Below the pieces are notes generated by a model. It did not search any database. It saw only the letters and a program-made list of their open reading frames with translations, and was not told where the DNA came from. From Lentisphaeria bacterium (GTDB lineage Bacteria; Verrucomicrobiota; Lentisphaeria; Victivallales; UBA1829): 64,000 bases of DNA. Shown one piece after another: positions 26,872-35,905 of the stretch. The stretch lies in assembly GCA_017615635.1 (NCBI GenBank), contig JAFZZR010000005.1, forward strand, positions 5,258 through 69,257. Direction: 5' to 3'. Every line of letters starts with the position of its first letter. Positions within the stretch are counted from its first letter, which is position 1. Position numbers and translations under genes: made by a program.

Positions 26872-27705
26872 TCAGTGATTTTTCCCGCTGTACCGCAAAT
26901 AAGAATAATCATCCCAAAGAGATTTGTAGCGGGCGATCGAACCGTCGCAGTGAATCACATTCAACTCATTCTTGTGGCGCTTCGCGACCCGTACACCCAT
27001 ATCGTTTCGATAATCGGTAATGATGAAGCATACGGAACCGTCTCCGAACATCATGGTCGATGAAGGATATTTGATTCTCGTCTGGAGCATTCCGCTGTTG
27101 ATGCCTATCCCGCCGTGTCCGGGTCCCCAGTATTCTATCGCATTCTTTGCCAGACTCGAATAAGTTGCGTTGTAGATATACGTTGTGAAATCCTTGGAAT
27201 GAACGGCCAGTTTCCCGCTGGGATCGTCGGAGAGGAATATACTTCTGCTCTGCTCTTTTTCCGACTCCGGACAGCGCAGAAATCCATCCAGCGCCAAATA
27301 CCGGGTAGAGCGCTGACGACCGACCGTCGCCTGGGAAAAATATCCCAGACGCATCAGAATGTCCGCCCAGGTAGGTTCATATCGGTCGCTTGCGCTGATA
27401 TATGTCCACCCCATGAACGTTACGCTTTCGAGACGGTTCCCGTTTTCATCCGTAATCATTCTCGGCGGGAAATAATTGAAATCATTCGCATAACTCAGCG
27501 TCGACAACCCGATCTGCCGGAGATTGTTCTTGCATTCGAGATCGGTTGCATGGGACTTTGCCGAACTCAAAGCCGGCATCAGCATCCCTGCGAGAATGGC
27601 GATGATGGCGATGACGACCAGCAGTTCGATGAGCGTAAAACGCTTCAGGTATGGTCCTTCTTCGCTGAGGACGTGGATGAAAGTGCGGCTGTCGGATTTC
27701 AGCAT
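26872..27705 (-). CDS. prepilin-type N-terminal cleavage/methylation domain protein with H-X9-DG motif (pseudopilin-like)
   Basis: [27 protein letters not shown]-terminus and C-terminal [12 protein letters not shown]. It lies 14 nt upstream of the 1015-aa enzyme gene on the same strand. Confidence 0.85.
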   Translation of the reverse strand: MLKSDSRTFIHVLSEEGPYLKRFTLIELLVVIAIIAILAGMLMPALSSAKSHATDLECKNNLRQIGLSTLSYANDFNYFPPRMITDENGNRLESVTFMGWTYISASDRYEPTWADILMRLGYFSQATVGRQRSTRYLALDGFLRCPESEKEQSRSIFLSDDPSGKLAVHSKDFTTYIYNATYSSLAKNAIEYWGPGHGGIGINSGMLQTRIKYPSSTMMFGDGSVCFIITDYRNDMGVRVAKRHKNELNVIHCDGSIARYKSLWDDYSYLRYSGKNH

Positions 27706-27752
27706 GGTTCGTCTCCTCTGTTTTACAATCGATTGTATTTCTGATTGATATA

Positions 27753-27780
27753 ATTATACTCGCTTTTTCCGAAATGTCAA
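27753..27780 (-). promoter_or_regulatory. consensus sigma70-type promoter of the pseudopilin gene
   Basis: The minus strand reads TTGACATTTCGGAAAAAGCGAGTATAAT (TTGACA-16-TATAAT), about 45 nt upstream of ATG 27705. It matches the promoter at 51554-51581 at 27 of 31 positions. Confidence 0.6.
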
Positions 27781-27875
27781 GTCCCGGACCGGAGAAAAGA
27801 TAATTCTTATTCCGCGTTCCGCGCCGGGCTCACGTTTTTCAGAATTTCCGCAGGGCGGAAGGAGCGTATTTGTTC

Positions 27876-27904
27876 TTGAAAAAAGGAGGAGCTCTGCTAT
27901 ATTA
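27876..27904 (+). promoter_or_regulatory. sigma70-type promoter with extended -10 (mgtC)
   Basis: TTGAAA-16 nt-TATATT within TGCTATATTA, about 55 nt upstream of ATG 27958. Confidence 0.5.
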
Positions 27905-27957
27905 TCCGGAAAATTGGATGAACCGTTTCACATTTCACCGGAGAGGATTCGAGCAAT

Positions 27958-28662
27958 ATGGACATGGCCGCGAACTGGGATTGGAATTACATTTTCATGA
28001 TGAGACTGGCGCTGGCCGGCATTCTGGGGGCGGCGGTGGGCTTCGAACGGGAATACCGTGCGAAAGAGGCCGGTACCCGCACGCATTTTCTGGTGGCCAT
28101 AGGCAGCTGTCTGATCATGATCGTCTCCCAATGGGGATTCCGTGACATGATCGCACTGATCACGACTTATCCCGACGCCAACATCCGTTTTGACGTGAGC
28201 CGCGTGGCCGCCCAGATCGTCAGCGGGATCGGCTTCATCGGCGCGGGCACGATCATGATGCAGAAGCAGGTCGTTCACGGTCTTACCACGGCGGCGGGCC
28301 TCTGGGCGGTGGCGGGGATCGGCATGGCCGTGGGAGGCGGTCTTTATGCGGTGGGCGTTTCCGCTACGGTCTTTGCTCTGATCGGACTGGAGGCCATGCG
28401 GTATTTTCTGCGGAAATTCCGTACCCGCGCCAGCTATCTGGTGTTTCTGACGAAGGACCGGAACAATCTGATCCAGGTTACCAACGAATTAAATGCAAAC
28501 GACTTCCATATAATCAACTATTCTGTCGGAAGCGAGAAGGTGGGGTCCGAAGAGTGGCTGAAAGTCAAGATGTGGGTGCGGGAACGGGTGCCCAACGGAG
28601 AAAATCAGATCCTCCGCTTCATGCAGCAGTTCCCCGGAGTCGAAGTCGAAAAGGTGGAGTGA
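27958..28662 (+). CDS. mgtC: MgtC/SapB family membrane protein
   Basis: RLALAGILGAAVGFEREYRAKEAGTRTHFLVAIGSCL is the MgtC signature. It has 5 TM segments and a C-terminal ACT-like soluble domain. Confidence 0.88.
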   Translation: MDMAANWDWNYIFMMRLALAGILGAAVGFEREYRAKEAGTRTHFLVAIGSCLIMIVSQWGFRDMIALITTYPDANIRFDVSRVAAQIVSGIGFIGAGTIMMQKQVVHGLTTAAGLWAVAGIGMAVGGGLYAVGVSATVFALIGLEAMRYFLRKFRTRASYLVFLTKDRNNLIQVTNELNANDFHIINYSVGSEKVGSEEWLKVKMWVRERVPNGENQILRFMQQFPGVEVEKVE

Positions 28663-28687
28663 GCGCCGGACGCCGTTACGGCCCCGG

Positions 28688-29947
28688 TCATTCTTCGAAT
28701 TTCCGGAAAAGCACCACGGCGTTGTGTCCGCCGAAACCCAGATTGTTGTTGGCGGCGATCCGGATATCGCGGCGGCGCGCCTGATTGGGCGTCACATCCA
28801 GATCGCAGTCGGGATCGGGCGTTTCGTAATTGATGGTGGGCGGGACGATGCCGGTTTCGATGGCCTTCATGCAGAAGATGCTTTCCAGAGCGCCGGCGGC
28901 GCCGAGAGCGTGTCCCGTGGCGCCTTTCGTGCTGCTGATGGAGATCTTGTCCGCATCGGGGCCGAATGCCTTCCGGATGGCGATGGTCTCATACTTGTCG
29001 TTGAGCGCCGTGCTGGTCCCGTGGGCATTGATGTAGTCGACCTCATCGGGCCGGATCCCGGCGTGCCGCATGGCGACGCGGAAGGCTTCGGCATCGCCGT
29101 TGCCTTCGGGATCGGGGCTGGTGATATGGAATCCGTCGCCGGTGGCGCCGTATCCGATGATCTCGCACAGGATCTTCGCGCCGCGCTTTTTCGCGTGCTC
29201 GAGTTCTTCCAGCACCACGACGCCCGCGCCCTCGGCGGGAACGAAACCGTCGCGATCCTTGTCGAAGGGGCGGCTGGCGTGCTGCGGATCGTCGTTTCTC
29301 GTGCTCAGCGCCTTCAGGGCGTTGAATCCGCCCAGACAGAGCTCCTGGATGGAGGCTTCGGTCCCGCCGGCCAGCATGACATCCGCATCATCGCGCTTCA
29401 CGATGTGGAAGGCTTCTCCGATGGAATGACATCCGGAGGCGCAGGCGGATACCAGACCGAAATTGGGCCCTTTGAATCCGTAGCGGATGGAAATCTGTCC
29501 GGACGCCATGTCGCTGATCATTTTCGGGACGAGGAATGGAGAGAGACGGGAAGGTCCCCGTTCGATCAGAGTACGGGCCGCGTCCGTGATTTCCTTCAGG
29601 CCGCCGACCCCGCTGGAGACCAGACTGCCGATCCTGTACGGATTCTCGTCGGGCGGAAGTTCCTTCAGATTCGCCATGGACACGGCTTCCTCGGCGGCGG
29701 CAATGGCCAGCTGAACGAACCGGTCCAGATGTCTGCTTTCCTTCTCCGGGATGTACCGGACCGGATCGAAATCTTTGACTTCACCGCCGATCCGGGTCTT
29801 GAAAGTGGCGGGATCGAAAAGGGTGACGGGGCCTATTCCGCACTTGCCTGCGACCAGATTCGTCCAGATTTCCTCGACACTCTTTCCGAGACAGCAGAGA
29901 GCGCCGTACCCGGTCACCACGACTCTTCTTTCTCTTCTTTCTTCCAT
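28688..29947 (-). CDS. fabF: 3-oxoacyl-ACP synthase II
   Basis: RVVVTGYGALCCLG, active-site Cys context (LVSACASGCHSIGEA), HGTST and NNLGFGGHN are canonical KAS II motifs. Confidence 0.93.
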   Translation of the reverse strand: MEERRERRVVVTGYGALCCLGKSVEEIWTNLVAGKCGIGPVTLFDPATFKTRIGGEVKDFDPVRYIPEKESRHLDRFVQLAIAAAEEAVSMANLKELPPDENPYRIGSLVSSGVGGLKEITDAARTLIERGPSRLSPFLVPKMISDMASGQISIRYGFKGPNFGLVSACASGCHSIGEAFHIVKRDDADVMLAGGTEASIQELCLGGFNALKALSTRNDDPQHASRPFDKDRDGFVPAEGAGVVVLEELEHAKKRGAKILCEIIGYGATGDGFHITSPDPEGNGDAEAFRVAMRHAGIRPDEVDYINAHGTSTALNDKYETIAIRKAFGPDADKISISSTKGATGHALGAAGALESIFCMKAIETGIVPPTINYETPDPDCDLDVTPNQARRRDIRIAANNNLGFGGHNAVVLFRKFEE

Positions 29948-29971
29948 ATTTCAACTCCTGAATCTTATTTT

Positions 29972-30952
29972 TTACCAGCGCAAAAGTTCTGCCGCCCAGG
30001 TAAGACCTGCTCCGAATGCGGCGGTGAGGATCAGATCGCCTTTCTGAAGCTGTCCCGAACGGTTCAATTCGTCCAGACAGATCCCGATGGAGGCCGACGA
30101 CGTATTTCCGAACCGGGAGACGTTCCGGTATATCCGTTCCGAGATGCCCAGCCGGGCGGCCACGGCGCTGATGATCCGGTCGTTGGCCTGATGGGGAATG
30201 GCCCAGCGTATCTGATCGGCTCTGACGCCCGTTTTCTCCAGAACTTTTTTGCACGCCTGACTCATGGCCGTGACGGCCATCTGATAGGTCTTGGGTCCGT
30301 TCATCGTGATGCAGTTCAGATGCTGCGCCACCCCTTCCGCTGTGGGCGGACAGGCGCTTCCGAATCCGGGTATCTTCAGAAAATCGGCGTCCCGTCCATC
30401 GGCTCCCACTTCGGCGCCGACATAAAAATCGCCGTCGAAGGCGGGATCCGCCTGAAGGACCAGCGAGGATGCCGCGTCTCCGAACAGGACGCAGGTGGAT
30501 CGGTCGGTCCAGTTCGTCACGCAGGAAAGTTTGTCGCCGCCTATGAGAAGCGCGGTCCTGCGCTGTCCGGAGGAGAGGAGCGCGTGGGCGATATCGAGTC
30601 CGTACAGGAGTCCGGTGCACGCCGCCTCCACATCGAAACACATGCAGGGCGGGATCCCGAGTTTCCGCTGGACCACGGTGGCGGTGGACGGGGTCGGCAT
30701 ATCCGGCGTGATGGTGGAAACGATCACCAGATCCACGTCTCCGGGTTCGATTCCCGCATTTTGAAGAGCTCTGCGGCCGGCCTCTGCGGCCAGATCGGAG
30801 GTGGCGGTCTCCGGGTCCGCGATGTGGCGCTCCCGGATCCCGGTCCGCGTCACGATCCATTCATCGGACGTCTCCACCATTTTTTCCAGATCGGCGTTCG
30901 TCAGAATCCGATCGGGAACATAGTGTCCTGTCCCTGCAATCCTGAATCCCAT
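29972..30952 (-). CDS. fabH: 3-oxoacyl-ACP synthase III
   Basis: GTGHYVPDRILTNADLEKMVETSDEWIVTRTGIRERH, the Cys context DVEAACTGLLYGL, and HQAN / GNTSSASI motifs are canonical KAS III. Confidence 0.93.
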   Translation of the reverse strand: MGFRIAGTGHYVPDRILTNADLEKMVETSDEWIVTRTGIRERHIADPETATSDLAAEAGRRALQNAGIEPGDVDLVIVSTITPDMPTPSTATVVQRKLGIPPCMCFDVEAACTGLLYGLDIAHALLSSGQRRTALLIGGDKLSCVTNWTDRSTCVLFGDAASSLVLQADPAFDGDFYVGAEVGADGRDADFLKIPGFGSACPPTAEGVAQHLNCITMNGPKTYQMAVTAMSQACKKVLEKTGVRADQIRWAIPHQANDRIISAVAARLGISERIYRNVSRFGNTSSASIGICLDELNRSGQLQKGDLILTAAFGAGLTWAAELLRW

Positions 30953-31094
30953 ATTTTCCTCGTATCCTAAAAAGTTTCTGCAGTCAAAGCAGCAATATAC
31001 ACTCGCTTATGCTTTTTTGCAAATTTGCCGATACGGCGCGCGGATGGACGATGTTCGCCGGAGCAAAGCCGTTTCAGAGGTCCGGCATTTCGTC

Positions 31095-32423
31095 TTACCC
31101 GTTTTTCCGCAAGGGATCGCAGGAAAGCCGTTCAAAATCGCAGCAGACCGAATTTTCGGAGTAAAACGGTGCTTCCCATAAATTTGAACGGCCATCCGCC
31201 CAATGAAGATGCATGTTCCGGCAGATCACGTTTTCGGCATAGAGAACGGCGAATGCATGGGGCTGGTAAAACCGCCAGCCGTCGCCGATCCTCCGGTGAT
31301 CGTTTTCATCCGCGTTTTTGACGATTTGATGTCCGCCGCCGACGGTCAGATCGATGTCCTGGAGAAGGATGTTCCGGACTTTACGGTCCCTGTCGCCCTG
31401 GATCAGGGCGGTGCCCTCGGCATAAACGCGGATATTGCGGAGTGTGATATTTTCGATATCGGCTCCGTTACCGTCTTTCTGCGGCATGAGTGCGTAGTGT
31501 TCCATAATGCAGAACGGGATCAGCCGGGATCGGAGGGAGACGTCGCTGATCAGGATATCCCGAATCGTCAGGCCGGTATCCTGACTGTGGCTGTAATGGC
31601 CATGGATCGTGATGCCGAGCGTGCAGTCGGGGATGATGAGATTGCGGAGAGAACATTCCCGGATAGTGCCGGAGCCAACTCCGAAACGAACGGCGGCCTG
31701 ATCCGAACTTAAAATGCAATCGGAAACCGTGACCTGCGCCGTTTCTGCCGGGGTGCCCTGCAGTTTCTTCCCGTTGGCGCGGATGGCGATACAGTCATCC
31801 GCCGTGTCGATGTCGCAGCCTTTGATAACTACATTGGTACAGCAGTCGATATCCAGCCCGTCGCCGTTCCAGTCCTTCCGTCCGGTCCGGATCCGGACGC
31901 CGGAAACCGTGATTCTCCGGCATCCGTGAAAGAAGCAGCTCCAGTAGGCGGCATTTCGGAGCTGGATATCCTGCAAGGTGATATCGGCCGATTCGCAGAA
32001 ATAGAGCATCTGCGCCGGACGCAGACCGGGGAAGGTACTGCGGGTATGCTTTTTCGGATCGAAAAAAACTTCCCGGTTTCCGTCAATGACACCTCCGCCG
32101 GAAATCGTCACGTCTTCCACATTCACAGCTGCGATCAGATGAGTCCCATCCGTTTTTTCACGAACGGAAGCACTGTTTTGCGGGGTGAAATCGGCCCGAT
32201 TATAACATGTGCGGTCCGGAGTGGCCTTCAGCACGGCCCCCTTTTGGATTTCGAGCCGGGTGCGTGAACGCAGATAAATGGTGCCGGTGAGATAGACTCC
32301 GGGCGGAATGACGACCGTACCGCCTCCTTGTCTGCCGCAAAGATCCAATGCTTTCTGAATGGCTGCGGTGCAGTTGGTAAGGCTGTCTCCCGCTGCCCCG
32401 TAATCCGTAATGACATGCATCAT
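31095..32423 (-). CDS. glycoside hydrolase family 28-like (polygalacturonase/rhamnogalacturonase-type beta-helix), no signal peptide
   Basis: N-terminus ITDYGAAGDSLTNCTAAIQKAL, parallel beta-helix repeats, and NGDGLDIDCC...GCDIDTADDCIAI (GH28 catalytic Asp cluster). Confidence 0.8.
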   Translation of the reverse strand: MMHVITDYGAAGDSLTNCTAAIQKALDLCGRQGGGTVVIPPGVYLTGTIYLRSRTRLEIQKGAVLKATPDRTCYNRADFTPQNSASVREKTDGTHLIAAVNVEDVTISGGGVIDGNREVFFDPKKHTRSTFPGLRPAQMLYFCESADITLQDIQLRNAAYWSCFFHGCRRITVSGVRIRTGRKDWNGDGLDIDCCTNVVIKGCDIDTADDCIAIRANGKKLQGTPAETAQVTVSDCILSSDQAAVRFGVGSGTIRECSLRNLIIPDCTLGITIHGHYSHSQDTGLTIRDILISDVSLRSRLIPFCIMEHYALMPQKDGNGADIENITLRNIRVYAEGTALIQGDRDRKVRNILLQDIDLTVGGGHQIVKNADENDHRRIGDGWRFYQPHAFAVLYAENVICRNMHLHWADGRSNLWEAPFYSENSVCCDFERLSCDPLRKNG

Positions 32424-32435
32424 GTTTCTTCTCGA

Positions 32436-34682
32436 TCAGGGGTGTAATACGGGTTCCAGTACGATCCGGTCTATGAAAATGGCATTGCTGTCTTCGGCTT
32501 TTCCTCCGGGGTAAGCCGGACCGGTAAATTTCATGCTGACATGGATCCTCCATGGCGAATCGGGATCCGCAGTCCAGGCCGGACTTTGCGGGAACTGGAC
32601 AAACCATTTGTTGGTCAGATAAATATATCCTGCCGGACGGGGACGAAACGTTTCCCCGATCGTATACCAGCGGTAGCCTGGACCTTTGATTTCCTCTCCG
32701 GTGATTCGTGCCGAAAAATGTTCGGAACGGGTCTGCTGGTCATATCCGCCGATCAGCACGGGTAAAACCCCCTGCCGGACACGGACCGCGTATCCGAGGG
32801 GGGACTCGGGGTCCTTGACCAGCGGTTCACCGCCTGCCCACCAGCTTGCCAGTTCGATCGGAATATCTATGCCGTTCGCCGCCTCGTTTTGCGGAGGGAT
32901 CGTTTCCGGCAGGATGTCATAAACATCCATTCTGGCGATTTTGGCGAGACAGTGCGCCTGCCTTTTCGGGTCGATGCAGGTTTCGATCGAAGTCCGAAGC
33001 GTTTCCTTCAAACGTTTTGCGGCAATCCGGGGATCCAGACCGTGTCCCGGATCCTCCAGATTGAATTTGCGGATAAAAAGTATGATCGCTTCATCGATCC
33101 CGGCACGGGCTTCGCGGACACGTCGAACCCGAACCGGATCGTCTTGAACGGCCGATTCCGCCTGTTCCAGCAGCTTATCGCAAGCGGAAACCGTCTTGCA
33201 ATCCAGATGGGTAAAGGAGAACGCGGACGGCATGAACGCGGTAATGAAAGGTTTCTTTTCCCGGACCGATGCAAGCAGCGTCAGCCGATATTGCCGAATG
33301 AACGGTGCCGCCTTCCCGTAATACCCGTTCAGGAACGTATTCAGCAGCGTATCGAAATCGGCGTCCGGGTCTTCCATCAGTTTTGCATGCAGCCAGGTTT
33401 TCATCACCGCCATGTCGGTATGATAAATATATTCCCGCTCGACGAAAGGAAACAGGACATTGTGCGCTCTGTAATACCGCAAGGTCTCCTGGAGGAAGAA
33501 TTCGCTTGGATACGGCAGTCCCCGGGCAAATCCGTTGAAGGATATGCCGTAGTCCCAAATTCCCAGACTGTCCGTCAGCCCGCCCCAGTCTTTAAGCCTT
33601 TGACGGAACGGTTCTTCGCCGGCTCCTTCCGGTCCGCCGGCAAAATTGTTGGCCGTATTGCAGAGCCGGATCACGATATTGTCTTCCAGCGTGATATTGC
33701 GCGGCGGCGCTTCTGTCTGAAAATATGCCAGTGTGGAAATTTTCAAATCCGGACGGAACTGCTTCAGTCTGCGGGCAAGCTGATTGATCAGATTCAGCTG
33801 CAGTCCGGACTCCGCATTTCCGTAATAGGCACGCAGTTGACTGCACCTTTCACAAACGCAGAAAGAGTTGTTGTCGTTTTGGGAAATATCGTAAATGCCG
33901 GGCGCGGGACTGCCGTTCCCTTCGGCTTTCGCCTCGTCGGCAAGAATGAAGCCCTGCAGTTTCTTCCACATGACGTCGACCAGTTCGGGATTGCTCAGAC
34001 ACAACTGTCCTTCCATCCGGTTCGGATTGCGATTCCCTTTCCGCGTCAGGGAAAAATATTCCGGATGCGTCTGAAAGAATTCCGCCTCGGGAACATACCG
34101 GTTGAACGTATGGACGCTGTACGGGGAACCATAGCGAAAGCCTCCGCCGTTGGCTGCGGAAATCCAGCGGTCTCCAAACGAGTTCAGACGGTTGAACGCC
34201 GCGAAATCGCCGTCATCCCATTTTTCACTGTAATCCGGAAATATCGCCCGGATCGGGAACGCCGGTTTTCCCCGCAAGTCCAGTTTCGGCAGACACAGTT
34301 CTTTTCGGTGCGGAATCTCCTTTTCGTGCATGCTGAAAAGAAGGATTCCCGCATAGCGTTCCAAAAAAACGGACACCGCATATGTCGTGCCGCGGCGGCC
34401 GCCGCCGAACAGGACAATTCGTCCTTCCACATTTTTGATGCACCATTCCTCCTCGCGGAGATCCTGCCCGAGCGATTTCGCCAGCGCAGTTTCTCCCACA
34501 TGAAATTCCGCGGGCTGCCCCTCAACCGTGATTTCCCCCTCTACGCTTTCCGACAGATATTTCCGCAGATCGGCAGCCGCCTTCTTCTCCCATATCTGCG
34601 GATCGTCCGGCAGAATGATTTTCACATCGGCGCCCAGACATGCTGCGGCACAGCACATCAGTCCGGCAAAATACTTCAGCAT
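32436..34682 (-). CDS. secreted DUF4838-like putative glycoside hydrolase
   Basis: It has a signal peptide (MLKYFAGLMCCAAACLGA), an N-terminal GH20b/GH67N-like module (RGTTYAVSVFLERYAG) and a CxCxxC motif (SFCVCERCSQL). The architecture is as I recall for DUF4838 proteins. Confidence 0.7.
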   Translation of the reverse strand: MLKYFAGLMCCAAACLGADVKIILPDDPQIWEKKAAADLRKYLSESVEGEITVEGQPAEFHVGETALAKSLGQDLREEEWCIKNVEGRIVLFGGGRRGTTYAVSVFLERYAGILLFSMHEKEIPHRKELCLPKLDLRGKPAFPIRAIFPDYSEKWDDGDFAAFNRLNSFGDRWISAANGGGFRYGSPYSVHTFNRYVPEAEFFQTHPEYFSLTRKGNRNPNRMEGQLCLSNPELVDVMWKKLQGFILADEAKAEGNGSPAPGIYDISQNDNNSFCVCERCSQLRAYYGNAESGLQLNLINQLARRLKQFRPDLKISTLAYFQTEAPPRNITLEDNIVIRLCNTANNFAGGPEGAGEEPFRQRLKDWGGLTDSLGIWDYGISFNGFARGLPYPSEFFLQETLRYYRAHNVLFPFVEREYIYHTDMAVMKTWLHAKLMEDPDADFDTLLNTFLNGYYGKAAPFIRQYRLTLLASVREKKPFITAFMPSAFSFTHLDCKTVSACDKLLEQAESAVQDDPVRVRRVREARAGIDEAIILFIRKFNLEDPGHGLDPRIAAKRLKETLRTSIETCIDPKRQAHCLAKIARMDVYDILPETIPPQNEAANGIDIPIELASWWAGGEPLVKDPESPLGYAVRVRQGVLPVLIGGYDQQTRSEHFSARITGEEIKGPGYRWYTIGETFRPRPAGYIYLTNKWFVQFPQSPAWTADPDSPWRIHVSMKFTGPAYPGGKAEDSNAIFIDRIVLEPVLHP

Positions 34683-34700
34683 ACGATGATCTCCCGCAGA

Positions 34701-35504
34701 TCAGAAAAGTTTTTTCCGCAATCCGGTCTGCATGAAAACGTACGCCCGGGAGCGGAAAGCTCTTTCGCTCAAATGGTGCCGGTGCAGCTCCTGCAGGTCC
34801 TCCGTCAGCATCGCTTCAGAACTGGAACGGGCCGATCCATCCAGAAAAACCGAGTTCGTTTTGTTGTTATGACGCATGTGAAATGTCGTGGTGGCTTCCC
34901 CGTAGTACTGATTGTCCCAGTCCTGACGGGAATAATCGTTCCGGGCCGTATCACTGAGCAGAGGGGTGCGGTTCGGACATTTTGCCGATCCTGTGATCAG
35001 GAAGTCCTGATCATTGGAATCGCCTGAAATCCGCAGTGACAGGTTCTTTTTTCCTGCGGCAATTTCATCCGTGTTATGTCCTCTCAAATAGGCCAGAGAA
35101 AGAAAGCCGTACACATTGTAGCGGCTGATGGTATCCGCATGAAAGGACGGACAGCGGACAAGCTTTGCCGGATAGATGATCGCATTTTCCTGCTCCGGCA
35201 GATAGCCGTTCTGGAACAGGATTATATACCACAAAGCCTCGCCTTTGGATCGCATCGCACAGATATTGCCGTTGAAGTCGTTGCTGTAACTGAGCAAACT
35301 GATCCCGCACTGTTTCAGATTGCCTATGCACTGGATCGATTGGGCGCTCTGCTTTGCTTTTCCCAGAGCCGGCAGAAGCATTCCCGCGAGAATGGCAATG
35401 ATGGCAATGACGACGAGCAGTTCGATCAGCGTGAATCGCTTCAGGTATGAGGTATGAGGTATGAGGTATGAGGTTCTTAATGCAGATCCCCGGTTCGTCA
35501 TCAT
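34701..35504 (-). CDS. prepilin-type N-terminal domain protein with H-X9-DG motif (pseudopilin-like); heptamer repeat in codons 11-21
   Basis: [47 protein letters not shown] with C-terminal [12 protein letters not shown]. It lies 18 nt upstream of the DUF4838-like gene. The [11 protein letters not shown] residues are encoded by (CATACCT)x4. Confidence 0.85.
   Translation of the reverse strand: MMTNRGSALRTSYLIPHTSYLKRFTLIELLVVIAIIAILAGMLLPALGKAKQSAQSIQCIGNLKQCGISLLSYSNDFNGNICAMRSKGEALWYIILFQNGYLPEQENAIIYPAKLVRCPSFHADTISRYNVYGFLSLAYLRGHNTDEIAAGKKNLSLRISGDSNDQDFLITGSAKCPNRTPLLSDTARNDYSRQDWDNQYYGEATTTFHMRHNNKTNSVFLDGSARSSSEAMLTEDLQELHRHHLSERAFRSRAYVFMQTGLRKKLF
35443..35474. repeat. left arm of a perfect 32-bp inverted repeat: (AGGTATG)x4+AGGT on the plus strand
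   Basis: Read directly: tc AGGTATG AGGTATG AGGTATG AGGTATG AGGT tc. It lies inside the 5' coding region of the pseudopilin gene. Confidence 0.95.
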
Positions 35505-35806
35505 GATTACAGCCCTTTCTGAATTTTTGTTCTCATTGTAAGTTGTGTGGATCCCCGTATTCGAATCAGTTCTTCACAATCTGCGTGAAGACTGTTAAAC
35601 TGCCGTTCCGTGAGGTATTTTGAGGCGAGGAGAAGACGCAGCCAGTAAGATGTCTCCCGTGCTTCCTTGTATGCAATGGAAAATTTTGCCTGAAAATCCG
35701 GGGATGACCGGGCGCCTCTGCTTTCCTCCAGATTTGCTCCGATACTCGTCCCCGCAGGGCAAAGGAAAATGACTTCTCCATCATCAAGCTGTCGGAACTC
35801 TCTTTT

Positions 35807-35838
35807 ACCTCATACCTCATACCTCATACCTCATACCT
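35807..35838. repeat. right arm of a perfect 32-bp inverted repeat: ACCT+(CATACCT)x4 on the plus strand
   Basis: It is the exact reverse complement of 35443-35474. It lies 332 bp away and 68 nt downstream of the OCD-family gene stop (35906). Confidence 0.95.
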
Positions 35839-35905
35839 TGATGGTTTCTCCTTTCTGAAATCTTGTTTTATCGTGACAGCCTTTTCCGGTACCGGGCGTG
35901 TACGG

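Noticed and set aside
35566-35820. 84-aa minus-strand ORF starting inside the right heptamer arm (MRYEVKESSDSL…).
   Set aside because: There is no family resemblance, the composition is poor, and the start codon is simply the ATG embedded in the AGGTATG repeat. It could at most be a leader uORF, so it is not called as a gene.
35443-35838. Heptamer arrays considered as a CRISPR array or a terminator.
   Set aside because: The units are contiguous 7-mers without spacers, so this is not a CRISPR array. The two arms are 332 bp apart and lack a U-tract, so this is not an intrinsic terminator.
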